A stretch of 64,000 nt of DNA from Selaginella moellendorffii. Its lineage: Eukaryota > Plantae > Lycopodiophyta. The stretch covers positions 1,863,228 to 1,927,227 of the forward strand of contig NW_003314283.1 in the NCBI RefSeq assembly GCF_000143415.4. Reading direction: 5' to 3'. This document shows positions 37,117 through 47,963 of this stretch, in pieces. The position numbers and the translations under genes were made by a program. Every line of letters begins with the position of its first letter. Position 1 is the first letter of the stretch. The notes under the pieces are model-generated. The model ran no database searches, was not told the DNA's origin, and saw only the letters and a list, made by a program, of their open reading frames with translations.

Positions 37117-38613
37117 CCACTTGTGTATCTTTTCACACAGAAGGAGTTGAACACTAGGCAAACTCGTTGGATGGTCAAACTCATGAAGTTTGGGGAGTTT
37201 CCTATTGAGCATCGTCCGGGAAAATCAAATGTGGTGGCGGATGCTTTATTTCGTGTTCGTCATGTGACGATGTTACGAACACGATTTTGTCATTAGTTGA
37301 GTAAGGTGGTCAGCGAGTTTGGGCAGTTGGTTGAGCATGCTCAGGCTCAGGATGCTGAGGTGGCCTCTTTGCGAGACCAGATGGACGCTCCTTTCTCATT
37401 GGTGGATGGGATTTTCTACTACAATGGCCGTGTCTATTTGCCACGGGTGGATGCGTTAATTACTCAAGTTTTATTCCACTATCATGATCGTCCAGAGGCC
37501 GGTCATTTTGGGGGGAAGAAGACGTATGAGTTGATTAAGCGCAACTTTTATTGGAGGAATATGAAGGCTGATATCCTCAAGTGTTGTAAATCATGCGAGC
37601 TTTGTCAGCGGGTTAAGGTGCCACGGGAGAAGCCGGGGGGACTTTTGCAACCTTTACCTATTCCTCAGAGCCGTTGGTGTAGTATCTCTATGGACTTCAT
37701 CACTTGTTTGCCACGAACACAGAGGCAAAAGGAGCAAGTATGGGTCATAGTAGATCGGTTGACGAAGTATGTGCGGTTGTTGGCTCTTCGGAAGACTGTC
37801 ACTGCCTCAGACTTGGCTGCGGTTTACTTGGAGAAGGTTTTTCCTGATTTTGGTTTGCCGGAGGACATCATTAGTGATCGAGATTCAAAGTTCACCAGTG
37901 GATTTTGGAAAAGCTTTGCAAAGGCTATGCAAGTGACTTTGAAACTCTCAAGTGGAGATCATCCTCAGACGGATGGGCAAACTGAGCGTGTGAATCAGGT
38001 GGTGGAGGATATGCTACGTTGTAGCATTGGTCAAAGGCAAGGACAGTGGGATTTATATCTTCCGTTGGTGCAATTTGCTTACAACAATAGCCAACACAGT
38101 GGAACCAAGCTAAGTCCTTACTTTGCGATGTTTGGAAGGCATCCTCGAACAGTGGTGGAGTTGGGATTGCATTTGAGTAAGGACGTTCAAGAAAAGCTTG
38201 ATTCCAAGGCAACTGATCTGGCCACAGAACTTGATGAGATTCTGGTGGTATGCAAACGGAATTTGCAAGCAGCTCAGGATAGAGCGGAGAAGTTTGCTAA
38301 TGAGCATCGCCAATTCCGGGAATATAAGGTGGGTGATCTCGTCTTCGTGTGAGTGATCTTTCCGTCAAGTGAGCGGCGGAACACCTTGGTGCCTTTACGG
38401 ATAGGGAAGAGTGATAAACTCTCCCATCGATATGCTGGTCCATATGAAGTGCTGGAGCGCATTGGTAAAGCGGCTTATCGGGTGCGGCTGCCAGCTGGGG
38501 TGAAAATTCATCCGGTATTTTATGTCAGCCAGTTGAAAGGTGTACTATCTCGGAGTGACGGGCCCAATGCCTCCTTGATGTATACGGCTGTGGAAGATGG
38601 ACCAGGAGCTTGA
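37117..38613 (+). pseudogene. Ty3 RNase H end + integrase (copy 1)
   Basis: GHFGG..CELC zinc finger, SMDF, SDRD, DGQTE, GPY; stops at ~37294 and ~38350. Confidence 0.9.
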
Positions 38614-38687
38614 GCAGGATTCCCCAGAACGGGTGATCACCGGTACAACTCGTCCTTGGGACAAGGACTTTGTTGGGGGGGAAGAAT

Positions 38688-38920
38688 TGTTAGGCGCCAG
38701 CTTTGACTACGTGGTCAACGTCGGTCAAAGGGAGGCTCAAGGGTATATTAAGGCATGTTAGGGTAAGGGACTTAACCTACCCTAGGGCTCACAGTGGAGC
38801 GGCGGCGCAGTGGAGCTTTTGAGGTAGCTCGGGGGTGGTTGGGTGGTGAGGAACCTCAAGAGGTGGCGTAGCATAGTCTAGGGCAACGAGATCTTTGTCT
38901 TTTTGCGCCGGATCATAACA
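38688..38920 (+). repeat. Ty3 LTR-A
   Basis: TGTTAGG...CATAACA after PPT; followed directly by mid-pol sequence with no PBS. Confidence 0.9.
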
Positions 38921-40428
38921 CAGATCACAAACCACTTGTGTATCTTTTCACACAGAAGGAGTTGAACACTAGGCAAGCTCGTTGGATGGTCAAACTCATG
39001 GAGTTTGGGGAGTTTCCTATTGAGCATCGTCCGGGAAAATCAAATGTGGTGGCGGATGCTTTATCTCATGTTCGTCATGTGACGATGTTACGAACACGAT
39101 TTTGTCATCATTTGAGTAAGGTGGTCAGCGAGTTTGGGCAGTTGGTTGAGCATGCTCAGGCTCAGGATGCTGAGGTGGCCTCTTTGCGAGACCAAATGGA
39201 AGCTCCTTTCTCATTGGTGGATGGGATTCTCTACTACAAGGGCCGTGTCTATTTGCCACGGGTGGATGCATTAATTACTCAAGTTTTATTCCACTATCAT
39301 GATCGTCTAGAGGCCGGTTATTTTGGGGGGAAGAAGACGTATGAGTTGATTAAGCGCAACTTTTATTGGAGGAATATGAAGGCTGATATCCTCAAGTATT
39401 GTAAATCATGCGAGCTTTGTTAGCGGGTTAAAGTGCCACGGGAGAAGCCGGGGGGACTTTTGCAACCTTTACCTATTCCTCAGAGCCGTTGGTGTAGTAT
39501 CTCTATGGACTTCATCACTTGTTTGCCACGAACACAGAAGCAAAAGGAGTAAGTATGGGTCATAGTAGATCGGTTGATGAAGTATGTGCGGTTGTTGGCT
39601 CTTCGGAAGACTGTCACTGCCTCAGACTTGGCTGCAGTTTACTTGGAGAAGGTTTTTCCTAATTTTGGTTTGCCGGAGGACATCATTAGTGATCGAGATT
39701 CAAAGTTCACCAGTGGATTTTGGAAAAGCTTTGCAAAGGCTATGCAAGTGACTTTGAAACTCTCAAGTGGAGATCATCCTCAGACGGATGGGCAAACTAA
39801 GCATGTGAATCAGGTGGTGGAGGATATGCTACGTTGTAGCATTGGTCAAAGGCAAGGACAGTGGGATCTATATCTTCCGTTGGTGCAATTTGCTTACAAC
39901 AATAGCCAACACAGTGGAACCAAGTTAAGTCCTTACTTTGCGATGTTTGGAAGGCATCCTCGAACAGCGGTGGAGTTGGGATTGCATTTGAGTAAGGACG
40001 TTCAAGAAAAGCTTGATTCCGAGGCAACTGATCTGGCCACAGAACTTGATGAGATTCTGGTGGTATGCAAACGGAATTTGCAAGCAGCTCAGGATAGAGC
40101 GGAGAAGTTTGCTAATGAGCATCGCCAATTCCGGGAATATAAGGTGGGTGATCTCGTCTTCGTGCGAGTGATCTTTCCGTCAAGTGAGCGGCGGAACACC
40201 TTGGTGCCTTTACGGATAGGGAAGAGTGATAAACTCTCCCATCGATATGCTGGTCCATATGAAGTGCTGGAGCGCATTGGTAAAGCGGCTTATCGGGTGC
40301 GGCTGTCGGCTGGGGTGAAAATTCATCCGGTATTTTATGTCAGCCAGTTGAAAGGTGTACTATCTCGGAGTGACAGGCCCAATGCCTCCTTGATGTATAC
40401 GGCTGTGGAAGATGGACCAGGAGCTTGA
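38921..40428 (+). pseudogene. Ty3 RNase H end + integrase (copy 2)
   Basis: Near-identical to 37117-38613; two stops. Confidence 0.9.
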
Positions 40429-40502
40429 GCAGGATTCCCCAGAAAGGGTGATCACCGGTACAACTCGTCCTTGGGACAAGGACTTTGTTGGGGGGGAAGA
40501 AT

Positions 40503-40751
40503 TGTTGGGCGCCAGCTTTGACTACGTGGTCAACGTTGGTCAAAGGGAGGCTCAAGGGTATATTAAGGCATATTAGGGTAAGGGACTTAACCTACCCTAG
40601 GGCTCACAGTGGAGCGGCGGCGCAGTGGAGCGGCGGCGCAGTGGAGCTTTTGAGGTAGCTCGGGGGTGGTTGGGTGGTGAGGAACCTCAAGAGGTGGCAT
40701 AGCATAGTCTAGGGCAACGAGATCTTTGTCTTTTTGCGCCGGATCATAACA
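40503..40751 (+). repeat. Ty3 LTR-A with 16-bp internal duplication, followed by tRNA-iMet PBS (40753-40763)
   Basis: GTGGAGCGGCGGCGCA duplicated; TGGTATCAGAG. Confidence 0.9.
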
Positions 40752-40774
40752 TTGGTATCAGAGGATTGGTTGCG

Positions 40775-43437
40775 ATGGCCGACCAAGCTGAACGCTGGAA
40801 TCCTATCATCGATGGTGGTGCCGACGATGGTGCCGACGTAGCTGCGGAGATTTGGACCATTCAAGATGTGGTTCATGAGCTGCGAGCCCTTAATAAAAAT
40901 CAGCAAGAGATGCAAGACGAGATGCATGGCATGATGGATACCATGCGTGGGCGTGTTGAGGCACTCGAGGCTGGACGGGGTAGCGCTCCAAGTAAGCCTT
41001 CTTTGGTAGATCGACTCAAGATTCCAACCTTTTCCAGTGATGGTGGTGTGGATGAGTGTCTCGCTTGGCTAGCCAATGTGAAGAAGTTCTTGGCTGCTAG
41101 AGGAACTCCAGATGCAGAGGCTTTAATGGCTATTCCGATGGTTTTGCGTGATGCGGGTCTTCGATGGTGGAATTGGCTTGAGGAGTCCCGTGTTGCGGAT
41201 AAGAAATCACCAGTATCTACCATGGATGAGTTTGAGGCTGCTTTTCGTTTACGTTTTGCCCCTCATTACGACGTGGAGAATGCTCGTACAGAACTTCGCC
41301 ATTTCCAGCAAGGGAAAATGACGCTTGGGGATTATATTGAGAAGCTTACTCGCTTGATTAGTCGTGTTCCAACGAAGGATCCAGATCAGAACAAGTCCTA
41401 CTTCATTGATGGCCTACATAGTGAGAGCATGCGGCAACACTTGCGTCATTCTCAGCCTACAAAGAGTTTGGAGGAGCTCTTTGATGCGGCTCGTCGACTT
41501 GATAATGACAAGCACAAGTCTCACAAGCGTTCGCGGAGTCCTTCTGTCGAGAATCGTCGTGATGATCGCCATGGACACAAGGATGGGAACAAGCATCACA
41601 AGTTGAAGTCGGTGGTGACTACCTCGGATGCAAAGGGGTCCAAGAAGCAGAAGTTCTTTGTGAAGAATTATAGACAGGGTTGTCATCATTGCGGCGAACT
41701 TGGACACTACAAGGCTGATTGTCCGCAGTTGAAGAACAAGCAGCAGGACAAGAAGAATGGCCAATCTTCTTCTCACGGTAAGTCCGATACTAAAAAGTTG
41801 CAAACTTTGCAGCGTGAGGAGGAGGAGAACGACCATTCCGGTCGGAGGAAGCGACTTTCGATCGTTGCTCGTCAGCTCAACTGTGTGTGGAACAAGATGG
41901 AGCTTGAGGATACGCGTGAATCAGCTTTAATGCTGGAGGGCTCCGTGGCGATCCAGTGCGGATTTTACTGGATAGTGGGAGCGATAACAACTTTGTTTCG
42001 GCAAAGTTTGTTGCGGAGCATCGCCTGAACACATGTGGAGTTCTTCCATACACAGTGGAAGGTGCAGCTACCTCTGCTCAGCATTTCGATGCTTGTGTTG
42101 AGGGGCTGGAAGTGTTGGTTGGCAAAACCACACTTGTGGAGACTTTTTATGTCGCGGATATCCATCGTGTGGATCTCATTCTTGGGATGCCATGGTTGGT
42201 GAAGGTGGATCCAGAGATAAAGTGGAGCATTAAGCGTATCTCGCTAGAGTATGGTGGCGTTAAAGATGTGTGGTTTGGCGAGGGCGTTCAACCACCAGTT
42301 GTTATGCTCTCTGCTACATCTTTGAAGCGGGCTTGTCGTAATGGAAAAGCACTTTCAAGTTACTTGCTGTTTGTTCGTGACTTGGGCGACCAAGGCACAT
42401 GTGGGGGAGAAGCAGCAGTACGGGATGTACTCGACGAGTTTTCTGATGTTTTTCCATCTGAACTTCCTCATGGATTGCCTCCATTACGAGGTGTGGAGCA
42501 TGGGATTACATTGGAGCCGGGGACACGGCCAATTTACCGGCATCCATTTCGGTTAAGTTATGCGGAGGAGCAAGAAGTTCAGCGACAAGTCAAGGAGTTA
42601 CTTGAGTTTGGATTTATTCAGCCAAGTAAGTCTCTGTTTGGTGCTCCAGTCTTGCTTGTGAAGAAGAAGGACGGTTCAATGCGGATGTGTATTGACTACC
42701 ATGCTTTAAACAAGAAGACAGTGAAGGACAAGATGCCGATGCCACGTGTGGATGATATCCTAGACAAGCTTGGTGAAGCACGAGTGTTTACCAAGATTGA
42801 TCTGAGGAGTGGATATCATCAGATTGCAATGGATGATGCATCTATCTCTAAGACGGCATTCAACACAAGCTTCGGACATTTTGAGTTTACCATTATGCCG
42901 TTTGGTTTGACGAATGCACCAGCCACATTTACTCGGTTGATGACGGAGGTATTTGGGCGTTATCTTCACGAGTTTGTGGAGATTTTCTTGGACGATATTC
43001 TTGTTTTTAGCAAGAATATGGAGGAGCATAGGGTGCATTTGCGCAAGGTTCTTTTGTTACTTCGAGACAGCAAACTTTATGCGAAGAAGAGCAAATGTGA
43101 ATTTGCAAAGTCGGAGGTGGAATATCTAGGCCATATTGTGACATCTAAGGGTGTCAAGACGGATCCAAGGAAGGTGGCTGTGGTGGAAAACTGGCCTACA
43201 TCGACTACAGTGGCCGAGTTGTGCAGTTTTCTTGGTATGGCTAGTTACTACCAACGTTTCCAGCATAAGTTTGCAGAGGTGGCTATTCTGTTGACGCGGT
43301 TGTTACGCAAGAATGTGCCATTCGAGTGGAAGACGCCACAAGAGGAGAGTTTTGTGGCGCTGAAACGATTGTTGATCGAGGCTCCAGTGCTTCGCATTGC
43401 TGATCCATCGAAACCTTACGAGGTGACATGTGACTAA
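40775..43437 (+). pseudogene. Ty3 gag-PR-RT, 3' truncated at start of RNase H, 4-bp deletion frameshift near 41941
   Basis: CHHCGELGHYKADC knuckle, LLDSGS, FLDD. The copy at 48220 shows gag-PR are normally one frame. Confidence 0.92.
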
Positions 43438-43477
43438 GTATGATCGCGGACGATCATTCCCTGACGAGGGGGAGGAT

Positions 43478-43871
43478 TGTTAGGCACCAGGTCAGGATAA
43501 TAGGATAAGGAAAGGGCCCTGCAATCAAGTGATCACCCCTTTAGCCAGTTGGCTTAGGGTGTAAGGGATAGGATCCTAACAATGGTATCGGAGCCCAGTT
43601 CGATTCTCGTGGCTGACGAGTGGGGCAAGAATATTCTGAAGGAATATTCAACATGGTGGATCTAGAGGGAGAACCAAGGTTTGGTAGACCCTAAGAGAAG
43701 GACCATGGTGACCGGAGGGTGGCCTAAGTATGATCGCGGACGATCATTCCCTGACGAGGGGGAGGATTGTTAGGCACCAGGTCAGGATAATAGGATAAGG
43801 AAAGGGCCCTGCAATCAAGTGATCACCCCTTTAGCCAGTTGGCTTAGGGTGTAAGGGATAGGATCCTAACA
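43478..43871 (+). mobile_element. Young TRIM-B unit (104-bp identical LTRs, 186-bp internal)
   Basis: LTRs 43478-43581 and 43768-43871 identical by eye; PBS TGGTATCGGAGC; PPT GAGGGGGAGGAT. Confidence 0.92.
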
Positions 43872-44543
43872 CTACATAAGGGCCAAGCAAGCAAAAAAAA
43901 GGGTGTCATGGCAGCCATGGCTATGTGCCAGCAGTGCCAGATGCCACAGCCAAACTGCTATGGCCTAGTGCTCCTTGGTTGTCCTATCCTCACCATAGAA
44001 ATGCTCCTAATTCGCTGATCCCTGTTCAGCCCCCAATCCTAAATGCTCTCATGAATTATTTTGTAAACTATGCTTGTCTGCTAACACTTAAGTGATACAA
44101 GCTGCTCATATTTTAATGCTAGAGTAAAGAAAATACCAAGTCTTGGATTTTATAGCAAATTATTAATAATTAAAGATCATTAAATTTTGAGATAAATTGA
44201 ACTCGTAGTTAATAATTACTGATGATTTGTATAAATAAACTGTAATAATTCAAAACCATAACTAAATAAAATAAATTATTAATATAATATAATCTGAATA
44301 ACACTTTTTATAGCAAATAATACTTTAAAACATATTTTTCAGCTAATTATATATAAAACCATTGAAAAAAATTGTAAAAATAGTATTTACTAAATAATAT
44401 TCTATTTAATCTTATTTTAGGGATGATACCGAGAGTGTCTTGGAAGACATGGTAAACTATCATCTAATAAATATTGAGGGAGTAGACTCAATATCTCAAG
44501 GGATCCCAACATTAGCGAATACAAGCTAACAACATATGTCATA

Positions 44544-44770
44544 TGTTAAGAGTCATTTTATATATGACGAACACAAGAGTGATATAAGATGGGTGTGTAT
44601 GGACTTAGGGCATGTTATCATTTTGGATCTTCTCCTCTTCCTGGTTTCTCTTCCTCCTGTCCTTTTCCTACTTCTCCATGTGTAGCATATGTGATCATTG
44701 TAGTGCATGTGGTCTTTACCTTGTATTTTATAGTGATTTACCATAGAATAACCACAAAGTGGTACCTAAA
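44544..44770 (+). mobile_element. Possible decayed LTR + PBS remnant
   Basis: TGTTAAG...AACCACA followed by AAGTGGTACCTAAACC (degenerate iMet PBS). Confidence 0.3.
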
Positions 44771-45002
44771 CCATCAATGTGCCACATGCCACATCCCACG
44801 TGTCCATAGACCTGAGTTTTAGGGCATTGGGCCACTGCATGAAGGAATAGAGCCAAACTCCCAAGTATGGAGCTAAGGAGTGACGAAACTAGAGCACAGA
44901 GCAACTCTCGACCATACAACCCAAGAAGCATAGGGACAAAAGCATGGAATGATTTGAAATAGTCCTAGAGCATCCAACATCCTATAGCACACAAAACGGA
45001 GT

Positions 45003-45020
45003 GGTTTAGGGTTTAAGGTT
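45003..45020 (+). repeat. Short telomere-like tract at junction
   Basis: GGTTTAGGGTTTAAGGTT. Confidence 0.5.
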
Positions 45021-45022
45021 CC

Positions 45023-45792
45023 CCCAGTATCCTTCCGGTGCTCGCGGCCTACCACACCCCAGGGAGATAAGCACTTTGGTCTTTCACCCCATGTGTCCAT
45101 GTCCGAGCCGGAACCCGAGTTCGAGATGGTGCCCGAATCCGACTCTGACATGGTGCACACAGGGTGGAGCCCGGCAGCCCGCGCATGCACTGGAAGTCCA
45201 GCTGGGGGTGTGGAGCTGGGCACCCGAGGTCTGACCTCGGGCTGCCCAACACTCGCATTCCCCACTATCCTTTCGGTGTTCGCGGCCTACCATGCCCCAG
45301 GGAGACAAGCACTTTGGGCTTTCACCCCCACGTGTCCATGTCCGAGCTGGAACCCGAGTCCGAGATGGAGCCCGAGTCCGACTCCGACATGGTGCATGCG
45401 GGGTGGAGCCGGGCAGCCCGTGCATGCACTGGAAGTCTAGCTGGGGGTGTGGAGCCAGGCACCCGAGGCCTGACCTCGAGCTGCCCAACACTCGCATCCC
45501 CCACTATCCTTCCGGTGCTCGTGGCCTACCACACCCCAGGGAGACAAGTGCTTTGGGCTTTCACCCCCACATGTCCATGTCCGAGCCGGAACCCGAGTCC
45601 GAGATGGAGCCCGAGTCCGACTCCGACATGGTGCATGCGGGGTGGAGCCCGGCAGCCCGCGCATGCACTAGAAGTCCAACTGGGGGTGTGGAGCCGAGAC
45701 ACCCGAGGGCTAGCCTCAGCTGCCCAACACTCACATCCCCCACTATCCTTCCAGTGCTCGCAGCCTACCACACCTCAGGGAGACAAGCACTT
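45023..45792. repeat. ~239-bp tandem repeat (3.2 copies), probably rDNA intergenic-spacer subrepeats
   Basis: Unit starts at 45023, 45261, 45500, 45739; lies ~110 bp downstream of the 25S 3' end on the minus strand. Confidence 0.8.
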
Positions 45793-45904
45793 CACCCCAG
45801 GGAGTCAACCACTTCACCCCACACGCTCAAGCCTGAGCCCAAGCCCATGTTGCCCGGGTCCATCGGGCTACTGTACCCTTTGGTTTTATTCCTTCTGTGG
45901 GTGG

Positions 45905-46501
45905 GACAAATCGGTGGGACAGAGGGATGAACCTCAGCGGATTGTAGCAGCAAGGCTACTTTGCCACTTACAGTACCCCGTCCCCTATTTAAGTCTTCTG
46001 CAAAGGATTTATCTCCTCGACCGTTCGAAATTGGATTTCCAAGCCGCGCCCCCGGGGCAGCATCGGCCCCGAGGGACGGCACTTGCGTCATGTGTTCTCG
46101 GGGGAGCACGGGGCCCCCCTAACCGTAATCAGGTAACAGCTGAGGAGGTAGAGAGCACCGCATCTAGCACGGATTCTCACTTAGAGGCGTTCAGTCATAA
46201 TCCCATGCATGGTAGCTTCGTGCCACTGGCTTTTCAACCAAGCGCAATTACCAATTGTGCGAATCAACGATTCCTCTCGTACTAAGTTGAATTACTATTG
46301 CGGCACAGCTCATTAGTAGGGTAAAACGAACCTATCTCACGACAGTCTAAACCTAGCTCACGTTCCCTATTGGTGGGTGAACAATCCAACGCTTGGTGAA
46401 TTCTGCTTCACAATGATAGGAACAGCCGACATCGAAGGATCAAAAAGCAACGTCGCTATGAACGCTTGGCTGCCACAAGCCAGTTATCCCTGTGGTAACT
46501 T
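45905..46501 (-). rRNA. Orphan, mutated 3' fragment of 25S/26S rRNA gene
   Basis: Reverse-complement matches such as CCACAAGCCAGTTATCCCTGTGGTAACT, CCGACATCGAAGGATCAAAAAGCAACGTCGCTATGAACGCTTGG, TAGAGGCGTTCAGTCATAATCC; scattered transitions relative to the consensus. Confidence 0.93.
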
Positions 46502-47262
46502 CCAGACAGCCTTTTTAGCAGCCAAACACGCATGCCTTGAACGACTAAACCTGCAAGAAGATCAGCACCATCGTTGGTGGAAGGTGGATGAATCGATCAT
46601 ATGCACCCTCCCCAACATGGCATCGGGACTAGTCTTCGAGGCAGGACAGGCTGGACGCTTGTACCCCATCGTTACCCCCGAGTACGAGGACCTCCCCGAC
46701 ATGAGCAGAGCTAAACCGATCAGAGTGATTCAAATGGAGAAAAAAACTGCCAACGTTGATCCTTTGATCCCAGAAAACCAATATGCTCGCCTCTACTGGT
46801 TCCGCCAACAAACCTTGGACGAACTCAAGTGGGATCCCGCAGAGTGGCATTGGAGGGGAACCACGTGCAAGGACTTCTTCCAGTACGAGATCAAGCCAGG
46901 CCGCAAACTGATCAGGGTGCCGACTCGATCCTCCCTCATCCGGAAAGCAAAGGCCCAACAGATCCATTCCAGGAACCACTCACACAGCATCAACAAGATC
47001 TGGAAGGGGCGCTGGTCAGCTAAGAACCGCTACTTAATGTGGCTGGCCCAACAAGAACGTCTCCCATCTCTGGTCACCATACATCTTCCGAACACAGCCT
47101 GCAAGACCTGTGGCGCCACAGAAACACAGCGACACATCTTATGGGAATGTCCGGCAGCACAGAAAGTATGGGAAGGTGCAGCAGTGGTACTAAAACGAAC
47201 GTCAACCGGAGGAGCTGCAATCACATACGAATCGGCGCTCTGGGGTAGCTTCATCTAGGGAG
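46502..47262 (+). mobile_element. L1-like LINE (family 2) ORF2 3' fragment with zf-RVT
   Basis: W..AQQERL...CKTCGATETQRHILWECPAAQKVW. Confidence 0.85.
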
Positions 47263-47963
47263 CAGATGAGAACCTTCGCAGAGGCAGGGATGAGAACCTT
47301 CGCAGAGGCAGACACCATGATCCAGCCCAACCAGACGGCCAACAACTGTGACCGAATCAGTGCCTTCTACGGAATAACCATCTCAGAACACAGGATGCGT
47401 AAATTCTAGACAGCCTTTTTAGCAGCCAAACATGCATGCCTTGAACGACTAAACCTACAAGAAGACCAATACCATCGATGGTGGCAGGTGGACGAGTCGA
47501 TCGTATGTGCCTTCCCCAACATGGCATCGGGACTCATCTTTGAGGCAGGACAGGGTGGACGCTTGTACCCCATCGTCACCCCTGAGTACGAGGACCTCCC
47601 TGATATGAGCAGAGCTAAACCGATTAGAGTGATTCAAATAGAGAAAAAAACTGCCAACGTTGATCCATGATCCCAGAAAAACAATATGCTTGCCTCTACT
47701 GGTTCCGCCAACAAACCCTAGATGAACTCAAGTGGGATCCTGCAGAGTGGCATTGGAGAGGAACCAGGTGCAAGGGCTTCTTCCAGTACGAGACCAAGCT
47801 GGGCCGAAAACTGATCAGCGTGCTAACTCGATCCTCCCTCATCCGGAAAGGAAAGGCCCAACAGATCCACTCCAGGAACCACTCACGCTGCATCAACAAG
47901 ATCTGGAAGGGGTGCTGGTCAGCTAAGAACCGCTACTTCATGTGGCTGGCCCAACAAGAACGT

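Larger units (their letters stand above)
37089..43871 (+). mobile_element. Composite TRIM-B/Ty3 insertion with permuted Ty3 body
   Basis: Starts with the first ~27 bp of TRIM-B LTR, ends with a TRIM-B LTR; TSD CTACA at 37084-37088 and 43872-43876; contains RH-INT-LTR twice, then PBS-gag-PR-RT, then TRIM-B. Confidence 0.85.

Noticed and set aside
45164-46285. 373-aa ORF
   Set aside because: GC-rich tandem repeat plus antisense 25S rRNA.
46377-47258. 293-aa gene, or an R2-type rDNA-specific insertion
   Set aside because: First ~40 codons are antisense rRNA. The element is L1-like, no rDNA resumes on the other side, and the junction is not the R2 TTAAGG/TAGC site.
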